Shown: one piece after another, positions 9,467-18,234 of the stretch
Layout: the number at the start of each line of letters is the position of its first letter
How positions within the stretch are numbered: position 1 is the stretch's first letter
Position numbers and translations under genes: made by a program
Virus record (IMG/VR): IMGVR_UViG_3300020045_001834
Span: 1-31,858 of that record
Direction: 5' to 3' (one strand)
Origin: a virus
Taxonomy: Duplodnaviria > Caudoviricetes
Length of the DNA: 31,858 bases
Notes under the pieces: generated by a model
The model's input: the letters and a program-made list of their open reading frames with translations, nothing else
Database searches by the model: none
Told to the model about the DNA's origin: nothing

Positions 9467-10149
9467 CCCTAACCACCTACCCCGAACTTGAACAGGGAAG
9501 CCCAGAGTGGCTAGACGCGCGACGGGGCCTTATGACCGCCAGCGAGTTGAACTTGATCCTGACACCGACAATGAAACTCGCAAACAACGACAAGACCCGC
9601 GCCCATTCCTACGAATTGGCAGCGCAGCGTATTACGGGGTATACCGAGCCTAGCTATACTGGAGATTCAATGCTTAGGGGTTGGGCCGACGAAATCCGGG
9701 CGAGAGACTTGTATTCCGAACACCGCGCGCATGTTTTTGAAATTGGCGGAATGTGCCGTGACTTCGGCACGTTTAAGCTATGGTGCAGCCCGGATGGAAT
9801 GGTTGGCGATGATGGCGGGATTGAATGCAAGTCGCGCGTTCAGAAGCACCATATTCGCACGATTACGGAAAACGATGTGCCGGAAGAACACAAGCTACAA
9901 GTGCAAGCGTTTCTTCTGGTGAGTGGTCGTGATTGGATTGATTATATAAGCTACTCCGGTGGCCTTCCCATGTGGATCATCCGGGTTGAACCTGATCCAG
10001 TGGTACAGGCGGCTATCATCGCGGCATGTGAGGCTTTTGAGTTGAAGGTGCAAGAGGTGATGGACAAGTACCAGAAAGCTGTTGACGGCTTGGGTGATGG
10101 TGTGATTGATACTGAGCGTGGATTGGATTCGGACGTGATTGTCCGTTAA
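9463..10149 (+). CDS. YqaJ / lambda-exonuclease family recombination nuclease
   Basis: QGSPEWLDARRGLMTASE, CSPDG, IECK, QVQ...WIDYISY. Confidence 0.9.
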   Translation: MTLTTYPELEQGSPEWLDARRGLMTASELNLILTPTMKLANNDKTRAHSYELAAQRITGYTEPSYTGDSMLRGWADEIRARDLYSEHRAHVFEIGGMCRDFGTFKLWCSPDGMVGDDGGIECKSRVQKHHIRTITENDVPEEHKLQVQAFLLVSGRDWIDYISYSGGLPMWIIRVEPDPVVQAAIIAACEAFELKVQEVMDKYQKAVDGLGDGVIDTERGLDSDVIVR

Positions 10150-10158
10150 GGAGGCTAC

Positions 10159-10746
10159 ATGGTAGACGTAACGAAATACACATACAGCAAGGGAAATCAG
10201 CTTAATGCCGACGATATCGTGTCGGCACCTATTACGGTTCAGGTTGCAGCGGTTGAAGAAACTAATGACGCGCAGCAACCACTTGCAATTCGGTATGATG
10301 GCGACAACGGTAAGCCGTTCTTGCCATGCCTGACTATGCGCAAGCTTATTGCGGCGCTATGGGGCGCTGAGAGTGACGATTGGGTTGGAAAAAGCCTGAC
10401 ATTGTACCGCGATCCAAGCATAAAATTCGGCCCTGATACGCCGGGCGGTGTTCGGATCAGCCATATGAGCGGCATTGAAAAGACTGTATCCGTACAGCTG
10501 CTAGAGAAGCGAGGCAAGCGGCGGCAGTATACAATTGTTCCGCTAGAGGTCAAGCCACCCGCACCCACGCCCACCACCAACCACACCGAACTATTCAAAG
10601 ACGCGCGTGATAATGCGGAAGGCGGTGCTGAAATCATGCGCAAGTGGTGGGCAACGAAATCCAAGGATGAACAGGCTGCACTGAAAACCATTTTGCCCGA
10701 GTTGCAGGAAATCGCAGCCAAAGCCGACGCACCCCCGGCAGATTGA
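10159..10746 (+). CDS. Conserved hypothetical protein in recombination module (possible ssDNA annealing/binding protein)
   Basis: SD aaggagg; QLNADD...KPFLPC...WG...WVGKSLTLYRDP...GGVRISHMS; directly after the exonuclease. Function is inferred from position. Confidence 0.6.
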   Translation: MVDVTKYTYSKGNQLNADDIVSAPITVQVAAVEETNDAQQPLAIRYDGDNGKPFLPCLTMRKLIAALWGAESDDWVGKSLTLYRDPSIKFGPDTPGGVRISHMSGIEKTVSVQLLEKRGKRRQYTIVPLEVKPPAPTPTTNHTELFKDARDNAEGGAEIMRKWWATKSKDEQAALKTILPELQEIAAKADAPPAD

Positions 10747-10778
10747 CACAATAGCGCCCGGCTGTTATGGTCGGGCGT
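10743..10778 (+). promoter_or_regulatory. Promoter-hairpin cassette
   Basis: TTGACA(10743)-N17-TATGGT(10766); stem GCGCCCGGC/GTCGGGCGT (10754-10778) around the -10. Confidence 0.7.
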
Positions 10779-10797
10779 GGTATAAATGGAGGATTGA

Positions 10798-10962
10798 ATG
10801 CCTAAGTACAGACTTTTAGCAAGTTACGGATTTGCTGGAACCGATACTGAATTTGGTGTATTGGAATTTGAAACAGAGGAAGATGCAAGTAAATGCGCAT
10901 GGGATTGCGCATGTGAACGTGTTGACGCTTGGGTTGAACTAGTTGAGGATGACGACGAATGA
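10798..10962 (+). CDS. Small acidic hypothetical protein, 54 aa (MPKYRLLASYGFAG...VEDDDE), not in ORF track
   Basis: SD ggagg, ATG 10798, TGA overlapping next ATG. Confidence 0.7.
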   Translation: MPKYRLLASYGFAGTDTEFGVLEFETEEDASKCAWDCACERVDAWVELVEDDDE

Positions 10963-11096
10963 ACATCGAAAAGAAACCAATTGGCCTGAAACGAATGACG
11001 AAGCCGCATAGTATTCCGGTTCGTTTGGCATCTGGCGGCAAGGAATATGTGCGGGATACGAGCAAGAAACGCGGTTACAAGGTTAAGGGGGAGTAA
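10959..11096 (+). CDS. Small basic hypothetical protein, 45 aa ([13 protein letters not shown]...YKVKGE), not in ORF track
   Basis: ATGA overlap at start, TAATG overlap with ssb start. Confidence 0.6.
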   Translation: MNIEKKPIGLKRMTKPHSIPVRLASGGKEYVRDTSKKRGYKVKGE

Positions 11097-11533
11097 TGGC
11101 GGGATCGGTCAACAAGGTCATCATCATCGGCAATCTGGGCCGCGACCCCGAGGTGCGCAGCTTCCCCAGCGGCGGCAAGGTCTGCAACCTGCGAATCGCC
11201 ACTAGCGAGAGTTGGAAGGACAAAGCCAGCGGAGAACGCAAGGAACGCACCGAATGGCACACGGTAGCGATTTTCGACGAAAACCTTGTGCGCGTGGCTG
11301 AGCAATACCTTAAGAAGGGCAGCACTGTATACCTAGAAGGCCAGCTGGAAACCCGCAAATGGCAGGACCAGTCGGGGGCGGATAAGTACACGACCGAGGT
11401 TGTGCTGCGGCCATTCCGATCAACCCTGACCATGCTGGGCGGCAAACCTGCTGGTGATGGTGCGAGGGAAGAGCCGCGCCGCGATGATCCGCCAGCGCAA
11501 CGACACGCGATGGAAGATGAGATTCCATTTTAG
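11096..11533 (+). CDS. ssb: Single-stranded DNA-binding protein
   Basis: [35 protein letters not shown]-terminal DEIPF. Confidence 0.97.
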   Translation: MAGSVNKVIIIGNLGRDPEVRSFPSGGKVCNLRIATSESWKDKASGERKERTEWHTVAIFDENLVRVAEQYLKKGSTVYLEGQLETRKWQDQSGADKYTTEVVLRPFRSTLTMLGGKPAGDGAREEPRRDDPPAQRHAMEDEIPF

Positions 11534-11545
11534 CCACAATAGCTC

Positions 11546-11580
11546 TTGACACCACCACGCGCCCGGCTTATGCTGGGCGC
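11546..11580 (+). promoter_or_regulatory. Promoter-hairpin cassette
   Basis: TTGACA(11546)-N17-TATGCT(11569); stem GCGCCCGGC-TTAT-GCTGGGCGC (11559-11580). Confidence 0.72.
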
Positions 11581-11600
11581 AACCAAATCAGGAGTAACCC

Positions 11601-11741
11601 ATGAACCAAGTCTATCTAATCCATCAAGCTGTGTGGTCTGATATTATCGACCAGTGCCGCGAATTTATCCTTGCGCGCGACAATGATGGTGTTAATGTGT
11701 ATGTGATCCGGGATGGGTCGGAACGTGTGAGGGTGAAATGA
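11601..11741 (+). CDS. Small hypothetical protein, 46 aa (MNQVYLIHQAVW...), not in ORF track
   Basis: SD aggag upstream; stop overlaps next ATG (ATGA). Confidence 0.65.
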   Translation: MNQVYLIHQAVWSDIIDQCREFILARDNDGVNVYVIRDGSERVRVK

Positions 11742-11998
11742 AAGCAAACCAATCAGTAAACTTTACGATTGACGTTGACGCTTCGATTGAGGCGCGAATG
11801 GTGCTCTGCGATTACGGGGTTGATCGCAGCCCTGTGTGGTGGGAATCGGATGATCATAACTACGCGGATTACACTGTGACGATTGCTGGCGTTGACGTTG
11901 AAGTTATGTGCTTGCCAAAAGATTTGCGGGATGCTATCTTGGAGTGCGCTATTGAGGCGTGTGACGAAAACAAATGGAGTGGGTATGATGAAGATTGA
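11738..11998 (+). CDS. Hypothetical protein
   Basis: Coupled ORF in the operon; acidic, 86 aa. Confidence 0.65.
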   Translation: MKANQSVNFTIDVDASIEARMVLCDYGVDRSPVWWESDDHNYADYTVTIAGVDVEVMCLPKDLRDAILECAIEACDENKWSGYDED

Positions 11999-12455
11999 AG
12001 TGGGCAAGAGCTACAGGACCCGCGACGGGGTAAAGGTTGATATTCTCGGGACAGCATTCGACGGCGACAAGTACGGTGATTTCAATGGGCTGACCCACTA
12101 TTGGGACAAAAGCGGGGCCGCAGTCATGGAGTTTGACCGCATTGCACCCGACATCATTGCCGAATGGACCAACCCCGTCACCCTCTCCACCACATGGGAA
12201 GTGATGGACCCCGCCGCCGCAGCGCACGATCTGGACCGCATCTCGCTGCCGGATGGTCGCGTATACGCCCGCCGAGTGGTTGCCGTGGGTGAAGTTGCCC
12301 TGGAATTCGACAGCAACGGCGATTCTTACATTGAGCATATGGGTCAGGACGCGCTTGTCAATGTCCGCATCACCCTGCCCACCCGTGACGGCGCGTTGAT
12401 CGCTGGCACCTATACCTCCGCAGACGGCAATTCCGTTGTCGTGGGGGTGGTGTGA
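11985..12455 (+). CDS. Hypothetical protein with N-terminal KIEVGKSYRTRDG motif
   Basis: SD ggag before ATGATG at 11985/11988; the motif resembles a common phage N-terminal module. Confidence 0.65.
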   Translation: MMKIEVGKSYRTRDGVKVDILGTAFDGDKYGDFNGLTHYWDKSGAAVMEFDRIAPDIIAEWTNPVTLSTTWEVMDPAAAAHDLDRISLPDGRVYARRVVAVGEVALEFDSNGDSYIEHMGQDALVNVRITLPTRDGALIAGTYTSADGNSVVVGVV

Positions 12456-12628
12456 TGAACTTCAAAGACCGCACCTTCTGTTCTGCCAAGTGTCGAAATG
12501 ACACATGTTATCGTCAATGGACTGACGAACTGCATCAGCAAGCGCGCAGATGGTGGTCACACGCACCAGATGATGCGCCGATTGCGTTCAGTGACTACAG
12601 CGCCACATGCCCGGAGCACCAACCATGA
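12455..12628 (+). CDS. Small Cys-rich protein, 57 aa (MNFKDRTFCSAKCRNDTCYR...CPEHQP), not in ORF track
   Basis: TGATG and ATGA overlaps at both ends; C-x3-C-x4-C...C pattern. Confidence 0.7.
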   Translation: MNFKDRTFCSAKCRNDTCYRQWTDELHQQARRWWSHAPDDAPIAFSDYSATCPEHQP

Positions 12629-12867
12629 TCGACCTAACCCAACAAAACGAACACCAACGCGAGGAAACCTTGCGTCGTGTCAAGCAAGGCAAATACGCGA
12701 CTGGAACCGTTATCCAGTATCACGAAGGTTGCGCGGCTGATGACATTGGCCTGCAACAGATTGGCCGGGATATGATGGCGCTATCCAATTCAGGGCACGT
12801 TGCGCTGGTGCAGAAACGCATTCAAGATGAACCGAGGCGCTATCTGTATTGGGGGGTTGTGGTGTGA
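12625..12867 (+). CDS. Hypothetical protein
   Basis: SD ggag; start at ATGA overlap; IQYHEG...VALVQKR...YLY. Confidence 0.65.
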   Translation: MIDLTQQNEHQREETLRRVKQGKYATGTVIQYHEGCAADDIGLQQIGRDMMALSNSGHVALVQKRIQDEPRRYLYWGVVV

Positions 12868-13193
12868 ACCTGCACGACTACCAAACCCAAGCCACGAAGA
12901 CAGCTATCTATCCGCGCCAGTACGCTATCATCTATCCGGCACTAGGCTTGACTGGGGAGGCTGGTGAGGTGGCCGAGAAAGTCAAGAAGATGATCCGGGA
13001 TGGAAATCTTGACGTTGATGGATTGCACAAGGAAATCGGTGATGTGCTGTGGTACCTGGCCGCGATCTGCAATGACATTAGCGAAGAATATGGCGTTGAT
13101 CTTTCGCTTGCAAGGGCAGCTGAGGTCAACCTAGCCAAGTTGCAGTCTCGGGCTGAACGTGGCATGATCCAAGGTTCTGGCGACAATCGCTGA
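12864..13193 (+). CDS. mazG: MazG-like nucleoside triphosphate pyrophosphohydrolase
   Basis: YQ...A..TAIYP; LGLTGEAGEVAEKVKK; EIGDVLWY; NLAKL.SR..RG...GSGDNR. Confidence 0.9.
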   Translation: MNLHDYQTQATKTAIYPRQYAIIYPALGLTGEAGEVAEKVKKMIRDGNLDVDGLHKEIGDVLWYLAAICNDISEEYGVDLSLARAAEVNLAKLQSRAERGMIQGSGDNR

Positions 13194-13199
13194 ATTGCC

Positions 13200-13226
13200 A
13201 CGCGGCTCTAATCGGGCCGCGTTTTT
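13200..13226 (+). terminator. Intrinsic terminator-like hairpin between mazG and nrdJ
   Basis: CGCGGCTC-TAATC-GGGCCGCG followed by TTTTT. Confidence 0.65.
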
Positions 13227-13249
13227 ATCACAATGGGGAATATCACTAA

Positions 13250-16093
13250 ATGAACGAGTATCAGCAGTTTATCGCTCTGTCTAGGTATGCGCGATGGTTG
13301 CCGGAAGAAAACCGGCGTGAGACTTGGGTGGAGACTGTTAGTCGATACATTGACAATGTTGTACTTGATAATGGCGGTCCAGTTTACGATAGCGATATTG
13401 CACCAGTTATTCAAAAGGCTATCCTTAACCTAGAGATCATGCCATCAATGCGCGCAGTAATGACCGCAGGGTTGGCGCTTGAACGAGATAATACGGCAGG
13501 GTATAACTGCGCGTATTTGCCGGTTGATGACCCTAAGTCATTTGATGAGGCTATGTTCATTCTGCTTTGCGGAACCGGAGTTGGGTTTTCAGTTGAGCGT
13601 CAGTATGTCCAGAAGTTGCCGGAGGTTCCTGATCGTTTGTTTGAAAGCGAAACCGTCATTGCAGTAAAGGACAGTAAAGAGGGTTGGGCTAAGTCGTACC
13701 GTCAACTGCTTAGCCTTCTTTGGGCTGGGGAGGTTCCTAAATGGGACGTATCGCGTGTTAGGCCATCGGGTGCAAAACTAAAAACCTTTGGCGGGCGCGC
13801 GTCTGGCCCCGATCCTCTTGTTGATTTGTTCCGGTTCACTATTGCCAAATTCAAAGGCGCGACCGGGCGTAAGCTATCTAGTGTCGAGTGTCACGACATC
13901 ATGTGTAAGATCGGTGAAGTGGTTGTTGTAGGCGGCGTTAGGCGCTCTGCGATGATTAGCCTTAGCAACCTGTCGGATGATCGTATGCGACACGCTAAGA
14001 GCGGCCAGTGGTGGGCTACTGACCCACAGCGGGCATTGGCTAACAACTCTGTTTGCTACACGGAAAAGCCTGACGCTGAAACCTTTATGCGCGAGTGGCT
14101 GGCGCTTGTGGAAAGCAAATCAGGAGAACGAGGCATATTCAATAGGCAAGCCGCAAAAAAACAAGCCGCTGCAAATGGACGGCGTAATTCAGGTTTTGAG
14201 TTTGGGTGCAATCCTTGTTGTGTTTCCGGTGAAACAGTCATCCTGACAGATTTGGGATATATTCCAATTCAAGAGGCTGTAGGAAAAGATGTTCGAATCT
14301 GGAACGGAGAGAATTGGGCTGATGTTAAACCTTATGAGGCTGGAGAATCTGATCTTGTTCGGGTAACACTCACTGATGGTTCGTATCTAGACTGCACTTG
14401 GAATCATCGGTGGGTAGTTGATGGCGATTTCAAGGTGACTAAAGTACTGAGTATTGGTGATGCTCTTGATAAATTCGACATGCCAGTTGTCAACTCGGGC
14501 GATGATCCTGTAATTGATGCTTACTCGCAAGGCTTCTATTCTGGTGATGGCAACAAGGGTTATACTCGTTCGTTTGTGTATGAGCCTAAATATCCTTGCA
14601 TCGACCGTTTGATTGGCAAGGTTTATCAGGATAACGCTAATCAAAATCGTCGAGTTTGGAACCATGGTCCAATGCTAGACAAGGCTTATGTTCCTGTAGA
14701 GGCATCCCTTCCATATCGTTTGAACTGGCTGGCTGGTATTCTTGATTCGGATGGTGTGGTTACGCGTGACAAGAACGGTAGCGGTTTCCAGATTGCATCT
14801 ATTGATCATGGATTTTTAGACAATCTTCGGCTTATGCTAACGACTATGGGTGTTAGGGCTAAGGTTGTTCATGCCGCCGATTCTGGATACAAATCATTGC
14901 CTGACGGAAAGGGTGGAAGTAAGGACTATTTTTGCCAAGAATCTCGCCGTATCCTTATTGGAAATACAGACGCTTATCGGCTAATTCAGCTTGGACTTAA
15001 ACTCAATAGGCTTGATCATAACGGTAAAGCGCCACAAAGAGACGCGCGGCGGTTTGTCCGAGTTGCATCAATCGTTCCTTTGGATCGGTTCGAAATGACT
15101 TACTGCTTTACTGAGCCTAAAACTTCTCGGGGCACGTTTAACGGCATCGTAACTGGAAACTCTGAGATTCTACTTCGCCCATATCAGTTCTGCAACTTGA
15201 CGGAGGTGGTATGCCGCGCCGATGATACAATGGACACACTAAAGGAGAAAGTCAGGCTTGCGACTATCCTTGGTACAATCCAAAGTACTTTTACGCATTT
15301 TCCATATCTACGCAAGATTTGGAAAGACAACACTGAGGAAGAGCGGCTTCTTGGCGTCAGCTTGACTGGAATTCTAGATTGCCCAGTTACAAACGGATAT
15401 AATAATCCAATGAGGCTTCCTGAATTCCTTGATGTTTTGCGTCAGACCGCAATCGACACAAACAAGGAGTGGGCTGAAAAGCTAGGAATACCGCAATCCG
15501 CCGCAATCACTTGTGTAAAACCATCTGGAACCGTTAGCCAACTAGTTGACAGCGCATCCGGCATCCATGCGCGCCACTCTGAATATTACATCAGGACCGT
15601 GCGAGGTGATAATAAAGACCCACTAACGCAATTCATGATTGCGCAAGGTATTCCAAATGAACCGTGCGCAATGAAGCCGGGAACTACTACAGTTTTCAGC
15701 TTCCCGCAAAAAGCACCTGATGGCGCAATTACTCGAAACGACATGACCGCAATTGAGCAATTGGAGTTCTGGCTAACGTATCAACGGCACTGGTGCGAAC
15801 ATAAGCCTAGCGTTACTGTAACGGTGCGCGATGAAGAATGGCTAGACGTTGGTGCTTGGGTATATCGTCACTTTGATGAAGTGAGTGGCATTAGCTTCCT
15901 GCCTCATTCTGATCACAGCTATAAGCAAGCGCCGTATCAAGAATGCACCAAGGGTGAATATGACGCAGCTGTGTCAGTCATGCCAACTAACATTGATTGG
16001 TCACGGCTTGCAGAGTTTGAGAAAGACGACACTACAAAGGGCGCACAAACCCTAGCATGTAGTTCCGGCGTTTGTGAGTTGGTTGACGTATAA
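13250..16093 (+). CDS. nrdJ: Class II (adenosylcobalamin-dependent) ribonucleotide reductase precursor with intein; 633 aa after splicing
   Basis: ALSRYARW, GTGVGFS, GGVRRSAMI, NPC|SEI, FCNLTE, TCVKPSGTVS, C-terminal ACSSGVCE; no nrdB or nrdG nearby. Confidence 0.92.
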   Translation: MNEYQQFIALSRYARWLPEENRRETWVETVSRYIDNVVLDNGGPVYDSDIAPVIQKAILNLEIMPSMRAVMTAGLALERDNTAGYNCAYLPVDDPKSFDEAMFILLCGTGVGFSVERQYVQKLPEVPDRLFESETVIAVKDSKEGWAKSYRQLLSLLWAGEVPKWDVSRVRPSGAKLKTFGGRASGPDPLVDLFRFTIAKFKGATGRKLSSVECHDIMCKIGEVVVVGGVRRSAMISLSNLSDDRMRHAKSGQWWATDPQRALANNSVCYTEKPDAETFMREWLALVESKSGERGIFNRQAAKKQAAANGRRNSGFEFGCNPCCVSGETVILTDLGYIPIQEAVGKDVRIWNGENWADVKPYEAGESDLVRVTLTDGSYLDCTWNHRWVVDGDFKVTKVLSIGDALDKFDMPVVNSGDDPVIDAYSQGFYSGDGNKGYTRSFVYEPKYPCIDRLIGKVYQDNANQNRRVWNHGPMLDKAYVPVEASLPYRLNWLAGILDSDGVVTRDKNGSGFQIASIDHGFLDNLRLMLTTMGVRAKVVHAADSGYKSLPDGKGGSKDYFCQESRRILIGNTDAYRLIQLGLKLNRLDHNGKAPQRDARRFVRVASIVPLDRFEMTYCFTEPKTSRGTFNGIVTGNSEILLRPYQFCNLTEVVCRADDTMDTLKEKVRLATILGTIQSTFTHFPYLRKIWKDNTEEERLLGVSLTGILDCPVTNGYNNPMRLPEFLDVLRQTAIDTNKEWAEKLGIPQSAAITCVKPSGTVSQLVDSASGIHARHSEYYIRTVRGDNKDPLTQFMIAQGIPNEPCAMKPGTTTVFSFPQKAPDGAITRNDMTAIEQLEFWLTYQRHWCEHKPSVTVTVRDEEWLDVGAWVYRHFDEVSGISFLPHSDHSYKQAPYQECTKGEYDAAVSVMPTNIDWSRLAEFEKDDTTKGAQTLACSSGVCELVDV
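14219..15160 (+). mobile_element. Intein (314 aa) with LAGLIDADG homing endonuclease
   Basis: Starts CVSGETVILTD, block B DCTWNHRW, QGFYSGDG and WLAGILDSDG endonuclease blocks, ends FNGIVTGN|S; removal restores NPCSEILL. Confidence 0.92.
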
Positions 16094-16099
16094 AATGAC

Positions 16100-16136
16100 T
16101 TGACAACCCCGCCGCCCTGTGCATAATGGGGCGGCG
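16100..16136 (+). promoter_or_regulatory. Promoter-hairpin cassette
   Basis: TTGACA(16100)-N16-CATAAT(16122); stem CGCCGCCC/GGGCGGCG (16110-16136) with the -10 in the loop. Confidence 0.7.
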
Positions 16137-16155
16137 TTAGCAACGGAGGTGAAAA

Positions 16156-16545
16156 ATGACGAACAGATACGACGAGAACGACATCATTCGGCGTGAAGGA
16201 TGTATGATTGCAGGTCCATTGAAAATAGCATCTTACCGAGTAAAAGATGTATGCACTGGTGAATTCGGAAGCCTTCAAATTCACATGACTTACGATAATA
16301 CTGTTATGGCGGTTTTGGGCGAAGAAAGCGCAAAACTTCTTTGCAAATTTATTGAGATGAACGTTACTAGCCGAGGTGATAGAATGACCACAGACCAAGC
16401 AATCATCTGGAACGCGGCGATTAATGCGGCTGCGATGGAGTATTACAAAGGCATTGGCGCAATTCGCCAGTTGCGGAAGAAGTTTGTCGTGACTGTTGAA
16501 CATATCGGTACTACGGCGCGGCAGGAGGTTTCTGTTGATGAGTGA
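16156..16545 (+). CDS. Hypothetical protein
   Basis: SD ggaggt; 129 aa; possible internal start at 16384. Confidence 0.65.
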   Translation: MTNRYDENDIIRREGCMIAGPLKIASYRVKDVCTGEFGSLQIHMTYDNTVMAVLGEESAKLLCKFIEMNVTSRGDRMTTDQAIIWNAAINAAAMEYYKGIGAIRQLRKKFVVTVEHIGTTARQEVSVDE

Positions 16546-17293
16546 TATTAAGGTTGTCATGACGGATTCCATGGGGTCCGATTTGAAGGTCTGCCAGATG
16601 GCTAAGGATAGCTTCGGGCGCACTACGGATTGGGAACCAGATGGCAGCCTATCCGCCAAAGACCAACGACTGCTTAAAATGCTGGCGCGCGGCATGGGCG
16701 AGGCTGAATACACAGCCATGATGGCCGATCCGACACCCGCAAACATGTGGCGTTTCAAACACACCACGCCACACCTCGCGCCGTTCGGTCACAACTTTGC
16801 GACGTTCCAATTCCAAGCACCTGTGTTTGTCATGCGCCAGATCGTCAAGCATGAATATTTGCGTTTGTCGGAACTATCCATGCGCTATGTTCGGGATATG
16901 CCGGAGTATTTCCGGCCGAAATCTTGGCGGTCTGTTGCGGATGATGTTAAGCAGGGGAGTGGGGGTGATATTATAGGCGTACCTGCGCATATGCTATACA
17001 AGCATCTTGAAGATTGTGAGGAGTATGATGGTGATGAATACAGAATCATGACGCACAAGGATGGCATTGCTGGCCTAGCCCCCGAGCAAGCCCGCATGTT
17101 CCTGCGCCTGTGCCACATGACACAAGGCCACATCAGTGGCAGTATGGATGCCTTTGCGAACCTCGTTATCCAGCGCCTAGACCCGCATGCACAAGAAGAA
17201 ACACGTGAATTCGCGCGCCAGATTGACGCGGCTATGGGTGATCGGTTTCCGTTGTCGTGGGCTGCCTTGATGGAAGGCGTTTCGCGTACTTGA
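16538..17293 (+). CDS. thyX: Flavin-dependent thymidylate synthase
   Basis: MGSDL, HLAPF.H, APVFVMRQIVKH...SELSMRY, APEQARMFL, LDPHAQEETR; SD ggagg. Confidence 0.9.
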   Translation: MSDIKVVMTDSMGSDLKVCQMAKDSFGRTTDWEPDGSLSAKDQRLLKMLARGMGEAEYTAMMADPTPANMWRFKHTTPHLAPFGHNFATFQFQAPVFVMRQIVKHEYLRLSELSMRYVRDMPEYFRPKSWRSVADDVKQGSGGDIIGVPAHMLYKHLEDCEEYDGDEYRIMTHKDGIAGLAPEQARMFLRLCHMTQGHISGSMDAFANLVIQRLDPHAQEETREFARQIDAAMGDRFPLSWAALMEGVSRT

Positions 17294-17321
17294 CTGCCTT
17301 CCCCGCGTATGGTATGCGGGG
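17290..17321 (+). promoter_or_regulatory. Promoter-hairpin cassette
   Basis: TTGACT(17290, contains the thyX stop)-N17-TATGCG(17313); stem CCCCGCGTA-TGG-TATGCGGGG. Confidence 0.65.
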
Positions 17322-17340
17322 TAATCCTATGGAGGGAATG

Positions 17341-18234
17341 ATGGAATTCACAAAATACATGCACCTTGAACGCCTTGGAACTTCTGAGGTTGAAGGAATT
17401 GAGGACGGGTTGACGTATGTCTTCCCTAAGCTGGACGGAACAAACGGCAGCGTGTGGATTGATGATGAAGGGCAGATTAATGCCGGTTCTCGAAATCGCC
17501 ATCTGTCAATCGGCGCTGATAATGCCGGGTTTCTGGCTTGGGCTGTAGAACAGTCCAACCTTAAACAATACCTGAAACACAACCCAAGCCATATCTTGTA
17601 CGGTGAGTGGCTTGTGCCGCACAGCCTGAAAACATACCGTGATGATGCTTGGCGGCGTTTCTATGTGTTTGATGTTCTGGACCGTGCGACTGGTGCGCTG
17701 GTTCATTACGAAAACTACAAAGATGGGATTGAACGTCATGGCATTGACTACCTTGCGCCAATTGCGCAAATCAAGAACGGTTCTCTTGAACATTTCTTGA
17801 AGTGCCTTGACAAGAACGTCCATCTTATCAAGGACGGATGCGGAGTTGGCGAGGGTATCGTAATCAAGAATTACCAGTGGCAGAACAAATATGGCCGCGT
17901 GACTTGGGCCAAGCTGGTGGGTAATGCTTTCCGAGAACAGCACGCTAAAGCCATGGGTTCGCCTGAAATTGGCGGAAAGGTTATTGAAGAAAAGATTATT
18001 GACGAGTTTGTTACGCAACACCTTGTCGATAAGGTACACGCCAAGATTGTGAATGCAGAGGGTGGATGGCAGTCTAAATTCATTCCGCGACTTCTTGGCG
18101 AAGTGTGGCACGATCTTGTCAACGAGGAAATGTGGGAGATTGTAAAGAAGCACAAGAATCCACGCATTGACTTTTCCGGTCTGCAAAGGTTTTGCCAGAT
18201 TAAGGTAAAAGAGTTGCGCAAGGACCTGTTCTAA
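17341..18234 (+). CDS. ATP-dependent RNA ligase family nucleotidyltransferase (Rnl2-like)
   Basis: Motif I PKLDGTN, Ia GSRN, III LYGEW, IIIa FYVFDV, IV GEGIVIK, V AKLV; helical C-terminal domain; alternative start 17338. Confidence 0.8.
   Translation: MEFTKYMHLERLGTSEVEGIEDGLTYVFPKLDGTNGSVWIDDEGQINAGSRNRHLSIGADNAGFLAWAVEQSNLKQYLKHNPSHILYGEWLVPHSLKTYRDDAWRRFYVFDVLDRATGALVHYENYKDGIERHGIDYLAPIAQIKNGSLEHFLKCLDKNVHLIKDGCGVGEGIVIKNYQWQNKYGRVTWAKLVGNAFREQHAKAMGSPEIGGKVIEEKIIDEFVTQHLVDKVHAKIVNAEGGWQSKFIPRLLGEVWHDLVNEEMWEIVKKHKNPRIDFSGLQRFCQIKVKELRKDLF

Noticed and set aside
12498-12740. 80-aa ORF from the track
   Set aside because: ORFs 12455-12628 and 12625-12867 tile the region with exact stop/start overlaps and are more protein-like.
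13194-13249. Cobalamin riboswitch or NrdR box upstream of nrdJ
   Set aside because: The 56-nt gap is too short for the riboswitch and has no convincing NrdR-box palindrome.
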